This document shows, piece by piece, positions 1 to 14,100 of a DNA stretch of 64,000 bases. The stretch covers positions 248,001 to 312,000 of the forward strand of contig VJWM01000144.1 of assembly GCA_010909165.1 (NCBI GenBank), read 5' to 3'. A program made the position numbers and the translations under genes. Numbering within the stretch: the stretch's first letter is position 1; the number at the start of each line of letters is the position of its first letter. Origin of the DNA: Anthoceros angustus (Eukaryota > Plantae > Anthocerotophyta). Under the pieces are notes generated by a model. It did not search any database, had not been told where the DNA came from, and worked only from the letters and a program-made list of their open reading frames with translations.

Positions 1-440
1 GCATTGGTGCTTGCAAGGGTTCCTGTGACGGAAGGCCATAACCAGCATTCTTGCACTGCATATCTGAAATTCTGAATACAATCTCAGGGTCTCGCATGGT
101 TGCCATGGAAACAAATATCGAGCAGCCAATTAGGTACTCCTGCTAAGCATCCGGTGCATCCATCCCTGAATGATCATGATCCCAGTTTTCTACGGGCTTG
201 CTCAATCTAAAAACCATCCTTTCTGACCCAGCAGACACCTAACAAAAGCTTGCTTGCAATTCGCCTAGCTCAACAGAAATCAGTACATAAGCATCTGTGC
301 AGGAGCATCATTCAACTGAATGTCACTGCGCGTTCAGGTTGTCGTTTCCTTGTGCAGTGACATTCCAGTGCTTTCTCTTGCGTGTCCTTGCTGGGAGGAG
401 GGTGGAGATCCAGAAAGATCGGAGGGAATGCCGGAATTGA

Positions 441-3400
441 GTGACGATGGCTAGCAGCGATGCAATTACCGAGGGGCCGACTTTGCACAGGCTGATGCAC
501 CTGAGGGACGACAATCCGAATCAGAGCTTTGTGGAGGTGGTCCTCTCACATCCAGATGAGATTGTGAAATTCTGCACTGAGGTCAGGCTCAAGTCAGAGG
601 AAAGACGTCGCTGGATTTCAATGCGTTGGACAACGAATCTATCCACGTTGTGGGACTGTACGGGAGCAAGAAGGTTCTCGCTCGAATTTTCTTGAAGCTA
701 GGGTTTCAGACTGTGGTATCCTCGATGCTTGGCTCTCTTCATGTAGGGGATTTATGGCTTTCTTCATCAGGGAGTATTGTTCATCTTTCTATTGGCATGG
801 GGTGAACGAATGCTGGAGGCCCCAGGAAGAATGTGGAAGAGTTGCTGGAACTCCGGGACTCTATACGTCCGTCCATCGGTGCATTTTACGGGATCGCACA
901 TCACCTCAGCAGTGATGGGATCCTCGAATCATCCATCTTTGCAGCATGCTGTGCAGCATGCTGTGCAGAAGGCTGCCCTCTTCCAGCCTCCTATATAGCC
1001 TTCGCCATTCAAGATTTGCTAACACCTACACATGTGCCCGACAGACTCCATCAATACCAACCCTCGGCATCACAGCTTACCAACACAGATTAGGGGAGCA
1101 CCCTTTCCCGATTCCGAAGTAGGGGATCGAGAGGCAGGACACTTCAAGCTTGTGAGGTAGCTGTCCGTTCAACGCTCGGTGCATGTTGGAGATGACGGTA
1201 ACTCAGTTGTGCGCGGTGCAGTATCTCATGAATTCACGCTCCATGTATCAGGAAAGGAAACTACTGCTGGAACGGGTGCGAAAGGCCTATGTTCAAGCCC
1301 GTGATGAATTGTCGAGCCAGTACAGAAATGGTGAGGAAAGAGGTGGCCCCTTGTTGAAGAAGATTGAATTTGAAGCAAAACGTAACACAAACTTCTTGGA
1401 GCACTAGTTTCAAAAGGAAGAACGGCAATTTGTGACCAGGTTACAAGAGCAGCTGTCCAGGGGACACTTCGACAACATCGTCTGTACGTCCGAAGGTGTT
1501 TCTTGAAGCGTGGTCAGAAAGAAACCCTCATTGACATACCACGCAACTATGTTTCAGGTCGCAGCTCAGAAGCTGAAAACAGTGACAAGCTGGTACTCGA
1601 TTTTGTGTCAGAACAGAACAGCGGATCGCGTGGAAGATAGCCGATCTTACACCAATGCAGAAGGATTTGGGCGCTCTCATGTTTGACTCCGGACTCCTCA
1701 AGTTTTGACAATTTTTGAAAGTAACTCCGTTCATCCCTGGGAGGAGAGAAATGGTGCTAGTTAACGAAGTTTGGGTGTTCCAACGTTCAAAGTTTGGGTG
1801 TTCGAAATCAGCACTGCCATGCTGAAACCAGGGGATATGCAGATACCTGGTCCTGCCCATAAGACTAGTGTTTCCAAAGATGGATCTTGTTTAATGGCCT
1901 TCTACAATTGTCTTCCAGACAGACCTTCCCTAGCAGCAGAGGGGTTGACGCAAGGCAGTGACCAGACTGGTACCCAGCTTGAAATGGACAAGTCTGCTGA
2001 AGGTTCTTTGAAGACTGAGGTCTATCTGCTTGGCGAATCAATAAGTCATCTGAAGACACTCTCGCTTGACTACACAGTAGCAGACGTAAGAAGCATTAAT
2101 GCAACAGTGGTGGCCTTCGGATGACAGGTCCATCTCGTACTTCTGGATGTTTCAAGGCCGGACAAAGGAATATGCTCAAAGGTTCTTGAGATCACATCCG
2201 CTTCTGAAGTCTCCCAGTTGCAACGTAGGGACACAGGTCGGCAGACTGGCATTTCCGAGTCTGCAAGCAACGAAATGGGTGGCCATGGCTGTCCGGCTTT
2301 GGACTATGTTTATCACATATTTGAGAAGTAGGCCTAGGCCAAATGGACACACATTTATAAGAACGCCGTGATTAAGCATCCTGAGCTTGGATCGATACTT
2401 AGATGGGGTGCCTAAAGGAGTGGATGCCGTTGGTGCAAGTAGCTTAAGCACACCATGGTACAAGTTGTTAAGTACTAAGTCCCATGACGGAAATCCGTCC
2501 TTAGTGGACTTCAAAAATTCTTCTTCTTCTTCTATGCCACGAGCACCCTCTGATCCGGAAGCCAAGGACCTTCATCTCCATCTGCTTTTCGCCGGATACA
2601 GCGAAAAGCAGCATGGAGATCACAAGATCCTCTTTATATGGCCATCAAAGACGTGGATCCGGCAGACGTGGATGACTTGACAGCAGAGTTCGAAGCCAAG
2701 ATACTCCACATTTGTCACGACTCTCGGGACAATTTTCTCAAAGATGTACGGCGGAGGTTGAGATAGCAGCGATGCCACCCTTCCAAAAGTCGGAATGTCA
2801 CGAAAGTGTTGCAACTGTAGCTAAAACTGTGGAGGAATTGAAAGCTGTCCACCACAATGGCAACAGCCTTGCAGTAGACCTGAAGCTGATAATGGCTCAG
2901 ATAACTACCAAGGATTGGTCTGCATTTGACTCGAAGCGCTTACCTCTGAATGTGGAGCTCCTGAAGCGAGACGTGAAATCTGCCATCACTTTGGGAAAGC
3001 TTATGAGCCAGGAGACTGTGTTCTGACAGACTTTGCAACTCAGAAGGAAGTCGCCGATATGCCTGTTGAGGTTGATGGTGTTGTGTTCCATCTTAGTGAC
3101 ACTGGCTTGGCACTGTGTGCCCTTCGGTGGAGACCCAAGTGATGGGTGACATTCTTCAATCCCTGAATGACCGTTTTCAATGTGTGGAGAAGCGGACTGG
3201 TATGGATGATGAGCGTTGGCACACTTCCTTGGAGAAATTTCTCGTGGAATTGGCTGATAGACGGAGGAGAGAATTCTGGGATGGCTCAGGTGCAACACAG
3301 CAGAGTTCCAGGAGCTGGATGCATATGTTGATGTTCAGAAGCTTCGTTTAGAAGCCATTGCCACGCTGGCGGAGGTGAAGCGGAGCCTGTCCCTCTGTAT

Positions 3401-4575
3401 CAGCAAGTGAGACCGGTTTCCTGAGATGCGTTTTGAAAAAATCATCCAGGCAAGCATACGTGCAGGGGATGCATCCGAGATTTGCATGATGCAGTGTAAA
3501 ACCCAAGGCCGCGGTCACATCCACTTGGTGAGGTGTGGTGCGCATGCCCATGGAAGCAAGGGGCTCTCTGCCTCAGGTCAGAGGAAGGCGCATCTGGTAT
3601 TTGCCCTTTTCTTACCTGCAGGGATCTGTCCAAGGCCTGCAAGGAAGGAATTCATCAAGGAGCAAGGCATCAGACCCCAGAGTATGGGCCTGACACGACT
3701 GTCCCCAAAGATGAAGTGACCCACGCAGCTTATTAAAAGCACTTGAGGTTCAAGGATCCCTGCCATGAAGCCGATCGGAAGCAGTTCGAGATGTGCAGCC
3801 ACTACTGCCGCTCGGAAGAACAAACATCGCAAAATCGATCCTACTGCACTGAGAGGTTGTGGCACAAACCTGTCAGCAGGACAGAATCGACTGCTAGAGC
3901 AGGGCATGTGACGGAGGACGGCCATGCCTTCCGCTGCATTCGCATGAAAGACACGCCAAGCCACGCGGTGTTCGCCATCGACAGGTCAGGCTCTATGCGC
4001 GACAGGGACATGACGCCAACGCTGGCTAAGATTGCAGGCTCCTACGAATTGAACAACCGGCTGGGATGCCTCTACGAAGTCGTTTTCCGCTTCATCCGGA
4101 CCCGGGTTGCAGCAGGTTAGCCGGATGTCGTGTCTGTTGTCCTCTTCGACCACAAGGCCTCCATCGCATTGGAGAGGCAGCCCATCTCATAGACGCTTGT
4201 GGACGGTCTCCTCCAATACCCCACCAATTGGGGAACCGATTACTCACGCGGCCTGAAGAGGTTGAGGAGATGCTGCAGCGAGCTTCAGATGAAGCCTCCA
4301 TGCAAGACAAACACCCTGCTGTCATCTTCCTCAGTGACGGTAAGAATGAAGGTGGCGGGGATCCGGTCCCCGTGGTGAAGAACATGAAGGACAGCAACCC
4401 CAATCTCGTCTTCCACACCATCCTTTTCGGGAGGGACAATGACGTGGAGACATTGAAGAAGATGGCAGCTGTGGGCACGGGACCGCACCACATCAGCATC
4501 GATCAAGTTGAGCTAGCAAGGAGCTTTGTAGGTTCAGACGTGAGTCTGCGGCCCCAAGTCGCTTCCCTCACGTAA
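441..4575 (+). pseudogene. Large frameshifted gene: putative GBP/VLIG-like GTPase remnant, Cys/His-rich module and C-terminal von Willebrand A (VWA) domain
   Basis: Stitching + ORFs gives ...YMAIKDVDPADVDDLTAEFEAKILHIC... (~2630-2720), CKTQGRGHIHLVRC (~3495), FKDPCHEADRKQFEMCSHYC...SYCTERLWH...GHVTEDGHAFRC, then VWA motifs HAVFAIDRSGSM (DxSxS MIDAS, ~3960), VVLFD and VIFLSDG...VFHTILFG. Several stops and frameshifts. The start is uncertain and no G1 P-loop was seen. Confidence 0.7.
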
Positions 4576-5109
4576 CATGTAGCCTTCTGTACTGCGTCCT
4601 CGGCCTATCATTTGCGCACTTCCCTGTCGGATGTGCGGACTGTATGTGTAGGTATTGCGGACTAGGTGATGTGTGATCAGTAGTTTTATGACGCCTGCAT
4701 TTCCAAGGCACGCTTTGCGCTGCTGCAGTTCATGTCTTCGCTTGAATGGGCAGGTGCTGCCCGCATGCTATCCAGCGACGTTCATTGTCCTGGTATGCAC
4801 ACGTACAGAGGAGGAGAAGGCGGTGCCCTGCTTGGTCCGGTTCTGCCTGGAATGCTGCCTTCTGCAAGGCAGACGAGCAATGAGTGGGCATGGAGTGTGA
4901 GGTGACCATGCAGGACACGCAGCTGCAGGTTGGGATTTGGGATGACAATGCCGTGTGTTTCTATGTCTCTGGAGACTCCTGGTGGAAGGTGGGTTTTCTC
5001 TGCTTATTCAGCTTGGTATCTGACAGATGACATGAAATGGAGGTACTACTGTGAATCTGTTTGTAACCTGCATGTTGGGTTTTCTAGGTGGCGGATTACT
5101 GCTGGAGAT

Positions 5110-6330
5110 ATTGACCCATCATGGGACATCGAAAATTTATGCAAGGAAGGGAAACTGGAGAGGGCACTGGTTGCCTTGCAGCGCATGGATGACCATGGTG
5201 GTGTAGCTTCGGTGCACATTTATAGGCACCTTTGCAGGCCTGCACGAGAAAGAAGGCCCTTGCCGAGGCCAAAGTGGTACATGCTCATCTGGAAAAATGT
5301 GGGCTGGAATCTAACAGACTTTTGGATCTTGTGGTGACTACGTTGGTGAACTGTGGAGGCCTAGGGGATGGGCTGGAAGTGTTCCAGAGGTTGTCACAGC
5401 GGACTGTTTTCTCGTGGACAGCCGTCCTTGCAGGGCATGTCAAAGCTGGTAAATGCCGGGAGGCTCTTGCAGGGTATGAGCAGATGCTTCAGGAAGGTAT
5501 CCAGCCTGACAATCATACCTTTGTGTTGCGCTACTCAAGGCCTGCAGCAGATTACAAGATCTGCAAGAGGGCAAGCGCATTCATTCTGAGGCTGTGGAAT
5601 ATGGGTTGAAACAGACGTTTTGTGGGAAGCTCCTTGTTAGTATGTATGCCAAGTGTGGGAGCATTACGGACGCACAGCAGGTCTTTGACAGATTGTCCGA
5701 GCGTAATGTAGTCTCATGGAACGCGATTCTTGCAGCCTATGCTCAACAGGGCCAAGGAGACCATGCTTTGCAGATCTATTGTCGAATGCAACGTGAGGGG
5801 GTAAGTCCAGATGCACGGACATTTGTAAGTGTTCTCCAAGCTTGTGGTGCAATCTCTGAGGATGATGACCTCACAGTTGTCAATGGGCAAAAGGTTAAGA
5901 TGCGGTTGCTGCAACAGGGAAAGGTATTGCATGCTGCAGCCGCTGTCAGAGGGTTTGATTCAGATCTCTTTGTTGGTAGCAGTCTGGTTAGTATGTACGC
6001 AAAGTGTGGGAGCCTTTTGGATGCGCAACAGGTCTTTGATGGATTGACACAGCGAGATACAGTGTTGTGGGCTGCCATGGCTGCAGCATATGCTCAGCAA
6101 AACCAAGGAGAGATGGCGTTGCAGATGTATCAGCAGATGCAGGAAGCAGGGATCAGTCCGAATCAGCGAGTTTTGTTAGTGCTCTTCAGGCATGTGGAAT
6201 ACTTGCAGAAAAGGAGATAGGTACATCCATGGATGGGAGTACTGTCAAGATTAAGTCATTGAGGAAGGGAAGGAGATTCATGCCGTGGCTACTCATAGAG
6301 GTGTTGGGAAAGACATTTTGTTGGGAATGC
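5110..6330 (+). pseudogene. PLS-class pentatricopeptide repeat (PPR) gene, frameshifted and interrupted by copia element A
   Basis: Typical P/L/S motifs: VFSWTAVLAGHVKAG, LLVSMYAKCGSITDAQQVFDRLSERNVVSWNAILAAYAQQG, DLFVGSSLVSMYAKCGSLLDAQQVFD. The reading continues as (G)NALLS across the TSD at 21186-21201. Confidence 0.93.
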
Positions 6331-6533
6331 TGTTAACGTATGTAGCACCCTAGCCCTTAGGGCACGATTCACATAAAGCAGAACTTAATAGGCACATAAC
6401 GAAACGTCACGTGACGGTTACAACACATGACGCTTGGGCACAGCCCTTGTGTATTTGAGCACTTCTGCTCTGCCATGCTTATTATTCAATCCATTCTTGA
6501 ACAATCGATCCCGGTCCATATGCGATCTTCACA
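6331..6533 (+). repeat. 5' LTR of copia A
   Basis: TGTTAACG...TTCACA; matches 20995-21185. Confidence 0.95.
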
Positions 6534-6545
6534 TGGTATCAGAGC
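6534..6545 (+). promoter_or_regulatory. Primer-binding site (tRNA-iMet) of copia A
   Basis: TGGTATCAGAGC immediately after the LTR. Confidence 0.95.
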
Positions 6546-7214
6546 AGGCGCCATTGCACCCTTGATATCTACAGCACATAACAATGAGACATAAATATCT
6601 ATAAGCATGCCGGGCTTACGCAGGAGGCAGCGTATGCTCCGAAGAGCAAATAGAATTGCTCAAACCCTGGAAATTCAAAGAAGCCATAGAGAGCAGCGCT
6701 ACCTGAAGGAAGCAGAAGGAAACCTATGGCACTATGCCTAGATCCGGACCTGCTCCGTGCTTCTTGTAATCGCTGAAGAACTATACTTGAGAGGCTTTGT
6801 TGACCCACGTGACTATGATTGGGCATACGTACACCTCTCTTCTCTCTACACACAATAAAAGGTACCAAACAACACACAATGATCGTGCAACATAACTACG
6901 ATTGACGTGCACACCCCAATTGATCCAGCACAAGTTAAGGAATCCATAATATGCAGCCTACAAAACCTCTGCAGACAAAACTGCCTCCTCAAAGTGCCAG
7001 GCTCACCAGACAACCTCTACATGTTGCCTCCAACACCTGAAATTGGAGAATTTCAAAACAACATCATTCAGAAACTGCAGCACTTAGAGGCCAATACAGT
7101 TCCCAATACCACTTGCGGACTTTATAAAATTCTACTCGCCTCCAAGTAGAAACCACATGTCTACTTAGGCACACTTATCACCCTCTAAGCAGCCAATCTA
7201 TAGCACTTACCACA

Positions 7215-10200
7215 ATGGCCACATCCTCCATCACTGTCGAAGAGGACCGCCGACCAACAAAGACACTACTGCTTGGAAATTTCGACATGAATTTTGAAAG
7301 AACGTAAGCTATGGGCCTACGTTGGTGGCGTTGGAAACCCTCCTATCGTCAAAGCACAACCAGCATCCACCGCCACTGCAGCAGAGAAAGAGGAGTGGGA
7401 AGATAAAACCAACAGTTAAAAACATCCTCATGCAATCCATGAGGTCGTGGAACGCCCAAAGAAATCGCGTAGACCGGGCTTGGAAACAAAGCACGACATA
7501 TATGCCTCAACGGACATTATGCACATGCACACTATTAAAATTTCTTCGGACTTGAATGTCCGAGACCGACTGTGGATCAACATACCATGCACTTTAGGAG
7601 CTGGATGACAAAGTTTACGGCCACAGGCTTCGTCATCCAAGAAGATCTCTCTGCAGCTCTTCTCTTGTCCACCTTGCCGGAGTCATGGGCCAGCGTCGTC
7701 CAATCCCTACAAGGCGTACAACCTCTCACTGTTAACAAGGTTATCAGCGCAATGCTGACTGAAGAGGCTAGAAGGAAACTACACAGCCACTCATTTACAG
7801 GGGAATCTTCATCAAGAGCATTTTTCACGACGCGATCCAAAGTGAGGCCGCAACAACTTTAGAGGCAAGACACGAGGCGGGGCACTTACCCCAGCAATAG
7901 AGGACGTGGAGCTTATAATCCTTCATGGAAACCAATATGTGGATGTAAAATCCCGGTCACACCTACGAAGAATGCAGAAACGATTAGCTGCAGCCAACCC
8001 AAGGCAATCGTGGCAACTCGCCTCACTATGAAGCGACACTCAAGGGCCTTTCTCACACAAGTGAGCCAATTACAGTCGACCAGCCCTCCACCTTCACCCT
8101 CGTAGCTTCATGTCTTTCAAAGACACGGACAACACACCTGGTACATAGATTCTGGGGCATCCCAGCACATGACACCACATCGTGAATATTTTAGCCAAGT
8201 CAACCCCACCACACCTCCCCATTTCGTCAGCCTTGGGGACGATACTAAACACACCATTTCAGGTCACGGAACCGTAGACCTGCATGTCAAGCCTAATTCT
8301 ACCCTACAAATATCAGACGTGCTGCTGGTACCTGGCTTGACGAAGAACCTATTTTCAGTCCGGAAGGTTGATCAATCCGGCTGTTATGTGTGCTTTGGTG
8401 GAGGTCACTGCATTATTGAGACTTTACAAGGAGATCTAATAGCCACAGGGGACTTGAAAGACGACGACCTCTATCACCGAATGTCACAACTTCTCCTGAC
8501 CTTCCTCCCTATCTCGCAGCCACAAGCACCGTGAGTCTTACTTGTGGCATGCCCGCCTTGGCCACATGCACACTCACGGATGAAGGACATGTTAAAAACC
8601 CAGCATGCAGCATTCCACTCACCAGATTGAAGATTTTGGCATTTGTGAGGCCTGCTCACTAGGCAAGAGTCATCGGTCCCCATTTCCAAAAGGGCCCACG
8701 AGAGCAACAAGAAGACTCAACTTGTACACACCGATTTATGTGGCCCCTTCAAACGATCGTGTTCGGCTATCTTTACTTCATGCCCGTGATTGATGACTAC
8801 TCACGTTTCACGGTGCTCTGGTGAAACATAAGGCACAATCCTTTACTTGCACGAAGACTATAAAACTGGGCTGAAAAGCAAGCGGAGAATCCTTACTCAC
8901 TATTCGCTCGGGGCGGTGGCGATTCAACTCGATCAATTCACGCAATTTTGCATGATCACGGATCGGCGGTTACTACCCCACATACATCCCAGCGGTGTAG
9001 CAGAGAGGATGCACGAGAACCATACAGATGCGGTGTATCAATGCTGATCCATGCAGCCTACCAAAAGCTCGCACGAAGCCATGTCTCACGCATATCTTGA
9101 GATTTCGACATTCCGAACTGCAGCCTCCTCCTTACCACAACTCACACCTTTCAAGCTCGACAGTGGTCAAAACCCGACCTATCCACCCTCGAGTGTTCGC
9201 CCAAAAAGATATGTACATACCCCAAAGGCTACCGGACAAAGCTCGACAATCGAGCACAAGAAGTACATCTTTATTGGATTCACGGATGGGGTGAAAGGAT
9301 ACAAGCTCATTCATCCACAGACACATAGGATCACTCACTCACGAGATGTCCTATTCGTCGAAGATATGCAGGCCCAATCTCCAGTGGGAGCTCCCTCCGA
9401 GAATCAATCTGCACACACAGAGGACAGCGATGAGGACGACATCAACTTGTCTGCAGCACCTCACCACGGCACTCCACCACCTTCTTCACCAGCAGATCCC
9501 ACACCCACCTCCCGCTCCGCCCGGCCTCCTCCTCCTACGCCTACCGCACAATCGGGCCCGGCCTCAAACACCTCCTGCGACATCATCTTGAGATTTCGAC
9601 ATTCCGAACTGCAGCCTCCTCACCGCCAGCGTCCTCGACTCCTAGCAGGCGCCACGGCCCCTCGGGGCGACGGGGACAGCTAGTGCTCGATGGCGATGCA
9701 CATGGACAGGTTTACACAAGACGAGGTTCCCATTTCCAGCAATCGGACAGCCCGCGATCTCTTCACCAACGCATTACCACAAATGCCTAGCCCGCATCAC
9801 ACCACGGATCGGGTTCAGCGTTCTCCCAAGGTGCCACATCTGCTGGAATCCACGGCACAGGAGCCACCGACGCATATCTTGAAACCCGCCTCACGGCTCA
9901 CTGTCACGAAGAGGCAGGCTCGGCGGCAATGGACATCGCGAGCAATTTCCAGCCACACAACTTAAGCGGGCCTTATCCGCACCCCACGTGCAAGCGAGAT
10001 CTATTCATGCCGATTATCCTACTTATGATACTCCTGCTATCCCGAGATAATTGAGCACAAGATCCTTCTCTCGAGGACATGGACGAGGACCCACTACAAC
10101 CTGCTAACATTCCCGACAGGAAGAAGACCTCAGCGTACTAATGCCGGTAAAATTAAAAGGTATTCTCCAACTAATTGAGAGACCCTAAAACACGTTAGCA

Positions 10201-10566
10201 TCTTGTCTTACCGCAGCTATAGATCAATTTGTTCCAAGCTATCGAGGCCATCACTTGCCCCGAAAGGAGAACGGAAGAAAGCCATCGGTCGAATTAGATT
10301 CATTAAGAGCTAATAAAACTTGGAAACTGACTACATTACCTAAGGGTAGGAAGTTAGTTGGTTCTAAGTGGACCTTTAAGATTAAGCTAAATGCTGACGG
10401 CAGCATAGAGAGGTACAAGGCCGATTAGTCGCTAAAGGGTACTCGCAGAAACACGGCTTCGACTACGACGAGACTTTTAGCCCGGTACTTAAAATTACCT
10501 CATTAAGGATCCTAATGGCTTTAGCTGCTCACCATGATTATGAGTTGATGCAGTTAGATATCAAAA
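7215..10566 (+). pseudogene. Copia A gag-pol, 5' part (gag, zinc knuckle, protease, integrase, start of RT), frameshifted
   Basis: ERKLWAYVGG; LLLSTLPESWASVV (UBN2-type gag); degenerate knuckle C..CKIPGHTYEEC (~7938); WYIDSGASQHMT (8139); LWHARLGH (8542); CEACSLGKSHR; YIFIGFTDGVKGYKL; LPKGRKLVGSKWTFKIK...KGYSQKHGFDYDETFSPV...MQLDIK. Confidence 0.93.
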
Positions 10567-11090
10567 CACATCTAGGAAAACGTGTCCTTTACTACGGAAT
10601 TTACTACGGACATTACTACTAAATTACAACACTTGTAGTAAAATGCTCATAAAACGCAGCGTTAATTTCGTGGTAATGTCTTCAAACCGTATACCATGGC
10701 TATATACGTATTCGTATGTGACATACATACGATGTACTTTACTGAGTTGACCGTACATGGTTAGGGTTTAACTACGATTCACTTTACAACAACAATTACT
10801 ACAAAGGATCTACAACGACATTTACAACAAGCGTAATCATGGTTAATAAAATATGGTTAAGTAACCAATGTGAATTAACTCAAGTTTATTAACTGAAGTT
10901 AAATAACGATGGTTTATAAACCATAGTTATGTAACCATGGTTAGGTTAATCAGCAATCAGAATTATAACGGGCCGTTGTAAAACACCGCTGCAAAATAAG
11001 GCGTAGTAAAAATCAAGTAAACAGGACCGTAGTAAAGTAAAACGGATTTATATTCTTTGTAGTAAAGTGCACTCTGTAGTAAAATGAAGG
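10567..11090. repeat. Left subterminal repeat region of the CACTA element
   Basis: Dense TTTACTAC/TTACAAC motifs in both orientations. Confidence 0.85.
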
Positions 11091-11146
11091 GGTGCTAGGC
11101 GGGTGTGTGTGGGTTATGGGTCCAATTCGGTGATTGCACCTACATC

Positions 11147-14100
11147 CTACAATATATTAGACTCCAGCCCCCTACATGCTACAGGGCATCTAAAATTTTC
11201 TCCACCCAAAGACATCAACTCAAAGACCGTGCCCCAAAGGTTTGCCACCGCCAAAAAGAAAACCACAAACTTAAATCGGTTTAAGTTCACGAACTTCAGG
11301 CTATCCAAAATAGACACAATAGTCCCGGACAACGACCTAACGAGAATCATGCTCAAGCATCCTCGCTTGTCTTGCAACTTTTGCGGGAAGATAATGCCCC
11401 ACCATCCACCGTCATCTATGACATTACGCTTTAAGATGGCCTCCATGACCTTCTCATCGCACTCCTTGATGGAATAGCCTGCATCCTTCAACAAGGTCCA
11501 CACATTAATCGCCTTGTCCTTCTGCCTTTGAGTCCACTTGCGGACCCAAAGCTTGAGTTCTAGTTCAGCATCCAAAACTCTTTCAACTTTGTAAGCCAAG
11601 CCCCATGATTGGTGCCAACAGCATTGATTTCATCCATGGTTGGGTCTCTCGCAAACTTCCTCTAAACTGTCAAGAAACCCCTTCCGCCCGCCATATCCAA
11701 AACATGCATAGCTATTACTTCCCACCTCCTTGCTCCTCCTCATGGCGCGCTTTCGGCTTGGGCAACAACTCCATCCATCTTGTCTTGCTCCTCTTTCAAA
11801 AGGCCTCCCAAGACTCTTGCTTCACACTCTTTGGGACATACTTGGGGTGCGCTTTTTGTCCTTGCAAGAAATAACGGGCTTCCTTCCTAACATTGTTCCT
11901 CCAAAACTTCAGATTAGGGTTCAGAAATTGCAAGACAATGCTGTCAAAAGACCATGGACCACTCAAAGTCTGCCTGATACATGTCTCAACATGAAGCACA
12001 CACGCTTCAGTTTGCTTCCAAAAGGGATGTATGAGAGGATTGCAGAGAGGCGGGTTGCAAAATGCACTCATCCTTCATGGGCAAAAGGAGGGATCCACGA
12101 AGATGTAGCTACAAAGACTGAAGCATGTTTAGTGCATAGCCTCCAAATATGGCATAAAACGATGCCCTTCGCCCGCCATATCCAAAACATGCATAGCTAT
12201 TACTTCCCACCTCCTTGCTCCTCCTCATGGCGGGTTTTGGCTTGGGCAACAACTCCATCCATCTTGTCTTGCTCCTCTTTCAAAAGGCCTCCCAAGATTT
12301 CTTGCTTCACACTCTTTGGGACATACTTGGGTGCGCTTTTGTCCTTGCAAGAAATAACGGGCTTCCTTCCTAACATTGTTCCTCCAAAACTTGATTAGGG
12401 TTCAAATTGCAAGACAATCTTGTCAAAGACCATGGACCACTCAAAGTCTGCACGATACATGTCTCAACATGAAGCACACACGCTTGATTTGCTTCCAAAA
12501 GGGATGTATGAGAGGATTGCAGAGAGGCGGGTTGCAAAATGCACTCATCCTTCATGGGCAAAAGGAGGGATCCACGAAGATGTAGCTACAAAGACTGAAG
12601 CATGTTTAGTGCATAGCCTCCAAATATGGCATAAAACGATGCCCTTCGCCCGCCATATCCAAAACATGCATAGCTATTACTTCCCACCTCCTTGCTCCTC
12701 CTCATGGCGTTTTTGCTTTGGGCAACAACTCCATCCATCTTGTCTTGCTCCTCTTTCAAAAGGCCTCCCAAGATTTCTTGCTTCACACTCTTTGGGACAT
12801 ACTTGGGTGCGCTTTTGTCCTTGCAAGAAATAACGGGCTTCCTTCCTAACATTGTTCCTCCAAAACTTGATTAGGGTTCAAATTGCAAGACAATACGTCA
12901 AAGACCATGGACCACTCAAAGTCTGCACGATACATGTCTCAACATGAAGCACACACGCTTGATTTGCTTCCAAAAGGGATGTATGAGAGGATTGCAGAGA
13001 GAGCGGTTGCAAAATGCACTGTCCTTCATGGGCAAAAGGAGGACCACACGAAGATGTAGCTGCACAAGACCAAGAAGATGTTTAGTGCATAGCCTCCAAA
13101 TATGGCATAAAACGATGCCCTTGGCCTCCAAATCGAGAGATGCCGCAGAAGAAATTCTGTGCCTCCAAAATTTCATCTGGGGCACGAAATTTCAGCCCCT
13201 ACTGTGACGACATTTCGGGCTGAAATTTCATCTTCAGCGACATTTCGAGCTACAAAACTAAAAATGCCACCAAACATTGAAGACAACCAAGGATGGATGT
13301 GGGCAGCAAGCACCGTGATGGACATCGTGCACCCTTTTCCTCTTGGGCCCCTAGAGCACTTTATGTCCAAATCTCGACATTCCATTGGAATGATATCGAC
13401 ATCTTCCTCGATCCAAGATCATGAGGAAGATGCGATCTTCTCTCCTCGGCAGTATAGCAACTTTTGCTTGCTCTGCTCGCCACCCTCCAAGTCCCGCTCG
13501 ACTAGTTGAAGATGAACATTGTTCCTCCAAAATTTCATCGGAAGGGTGTCCTACAGCTTTAGGAGGGCAGTGTTTGAGCTCCTTCTGCACTCTTCACATG
13601 CTTCACAAAATTAGACCACAGATGTTGTCTTCGTCAGTACCATGTTGATAGCTTCAAGCTTCTAACGTTCTCCTGCGGGTTCGGTCAATTGCTCTTCAAC
13701 TTCTACCAATAGTGCATCATGGTTACCGCTAAGGTAACGCCGTCCAACGCAGCATGTATGGCTCATGGCGGGTTTGGGCGGAAGGACCTTGGTGCACTCT
13801 GGATGTATTGCGGCGCCGTGCATTTGTCCCCAACCACCTCCTCTGCAGCTTGTGCATCACAGAGCCCCTTCTATAGGAGGCGATAGGCGTCCCCAGCGGC
13901 CGGGTGATCCTGGTCGCCGCTTTTGCCTTCACACAGCGGCGCCCTTCCTCGTCCAAGTCTGAATCGCTCTCCATGATTTTATGAGCTGGTGTGAGCCCAT
14001 GCCCGTTCTTCAAATATGGCGCACACTCATCCTTGTGAAATCTGGCCTCTTCGTCGGTGTCTTCATCCTCTCCCGAACATGCAGTGGCTAATGCCCTAGC

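Noticed and set aside
2330-2560. P-loop (G1) motif for the VWA-associated GTPase
   Set aside because: No GxxxxGK[ST] was found in the frames I read, so the GTPase call remains tentative.
11730-12874. Plus-strand ORFs up to 222 aa
   Set aside because: They are antisense to the TnpA-like reading frame and repeat with the 480-bp unit.
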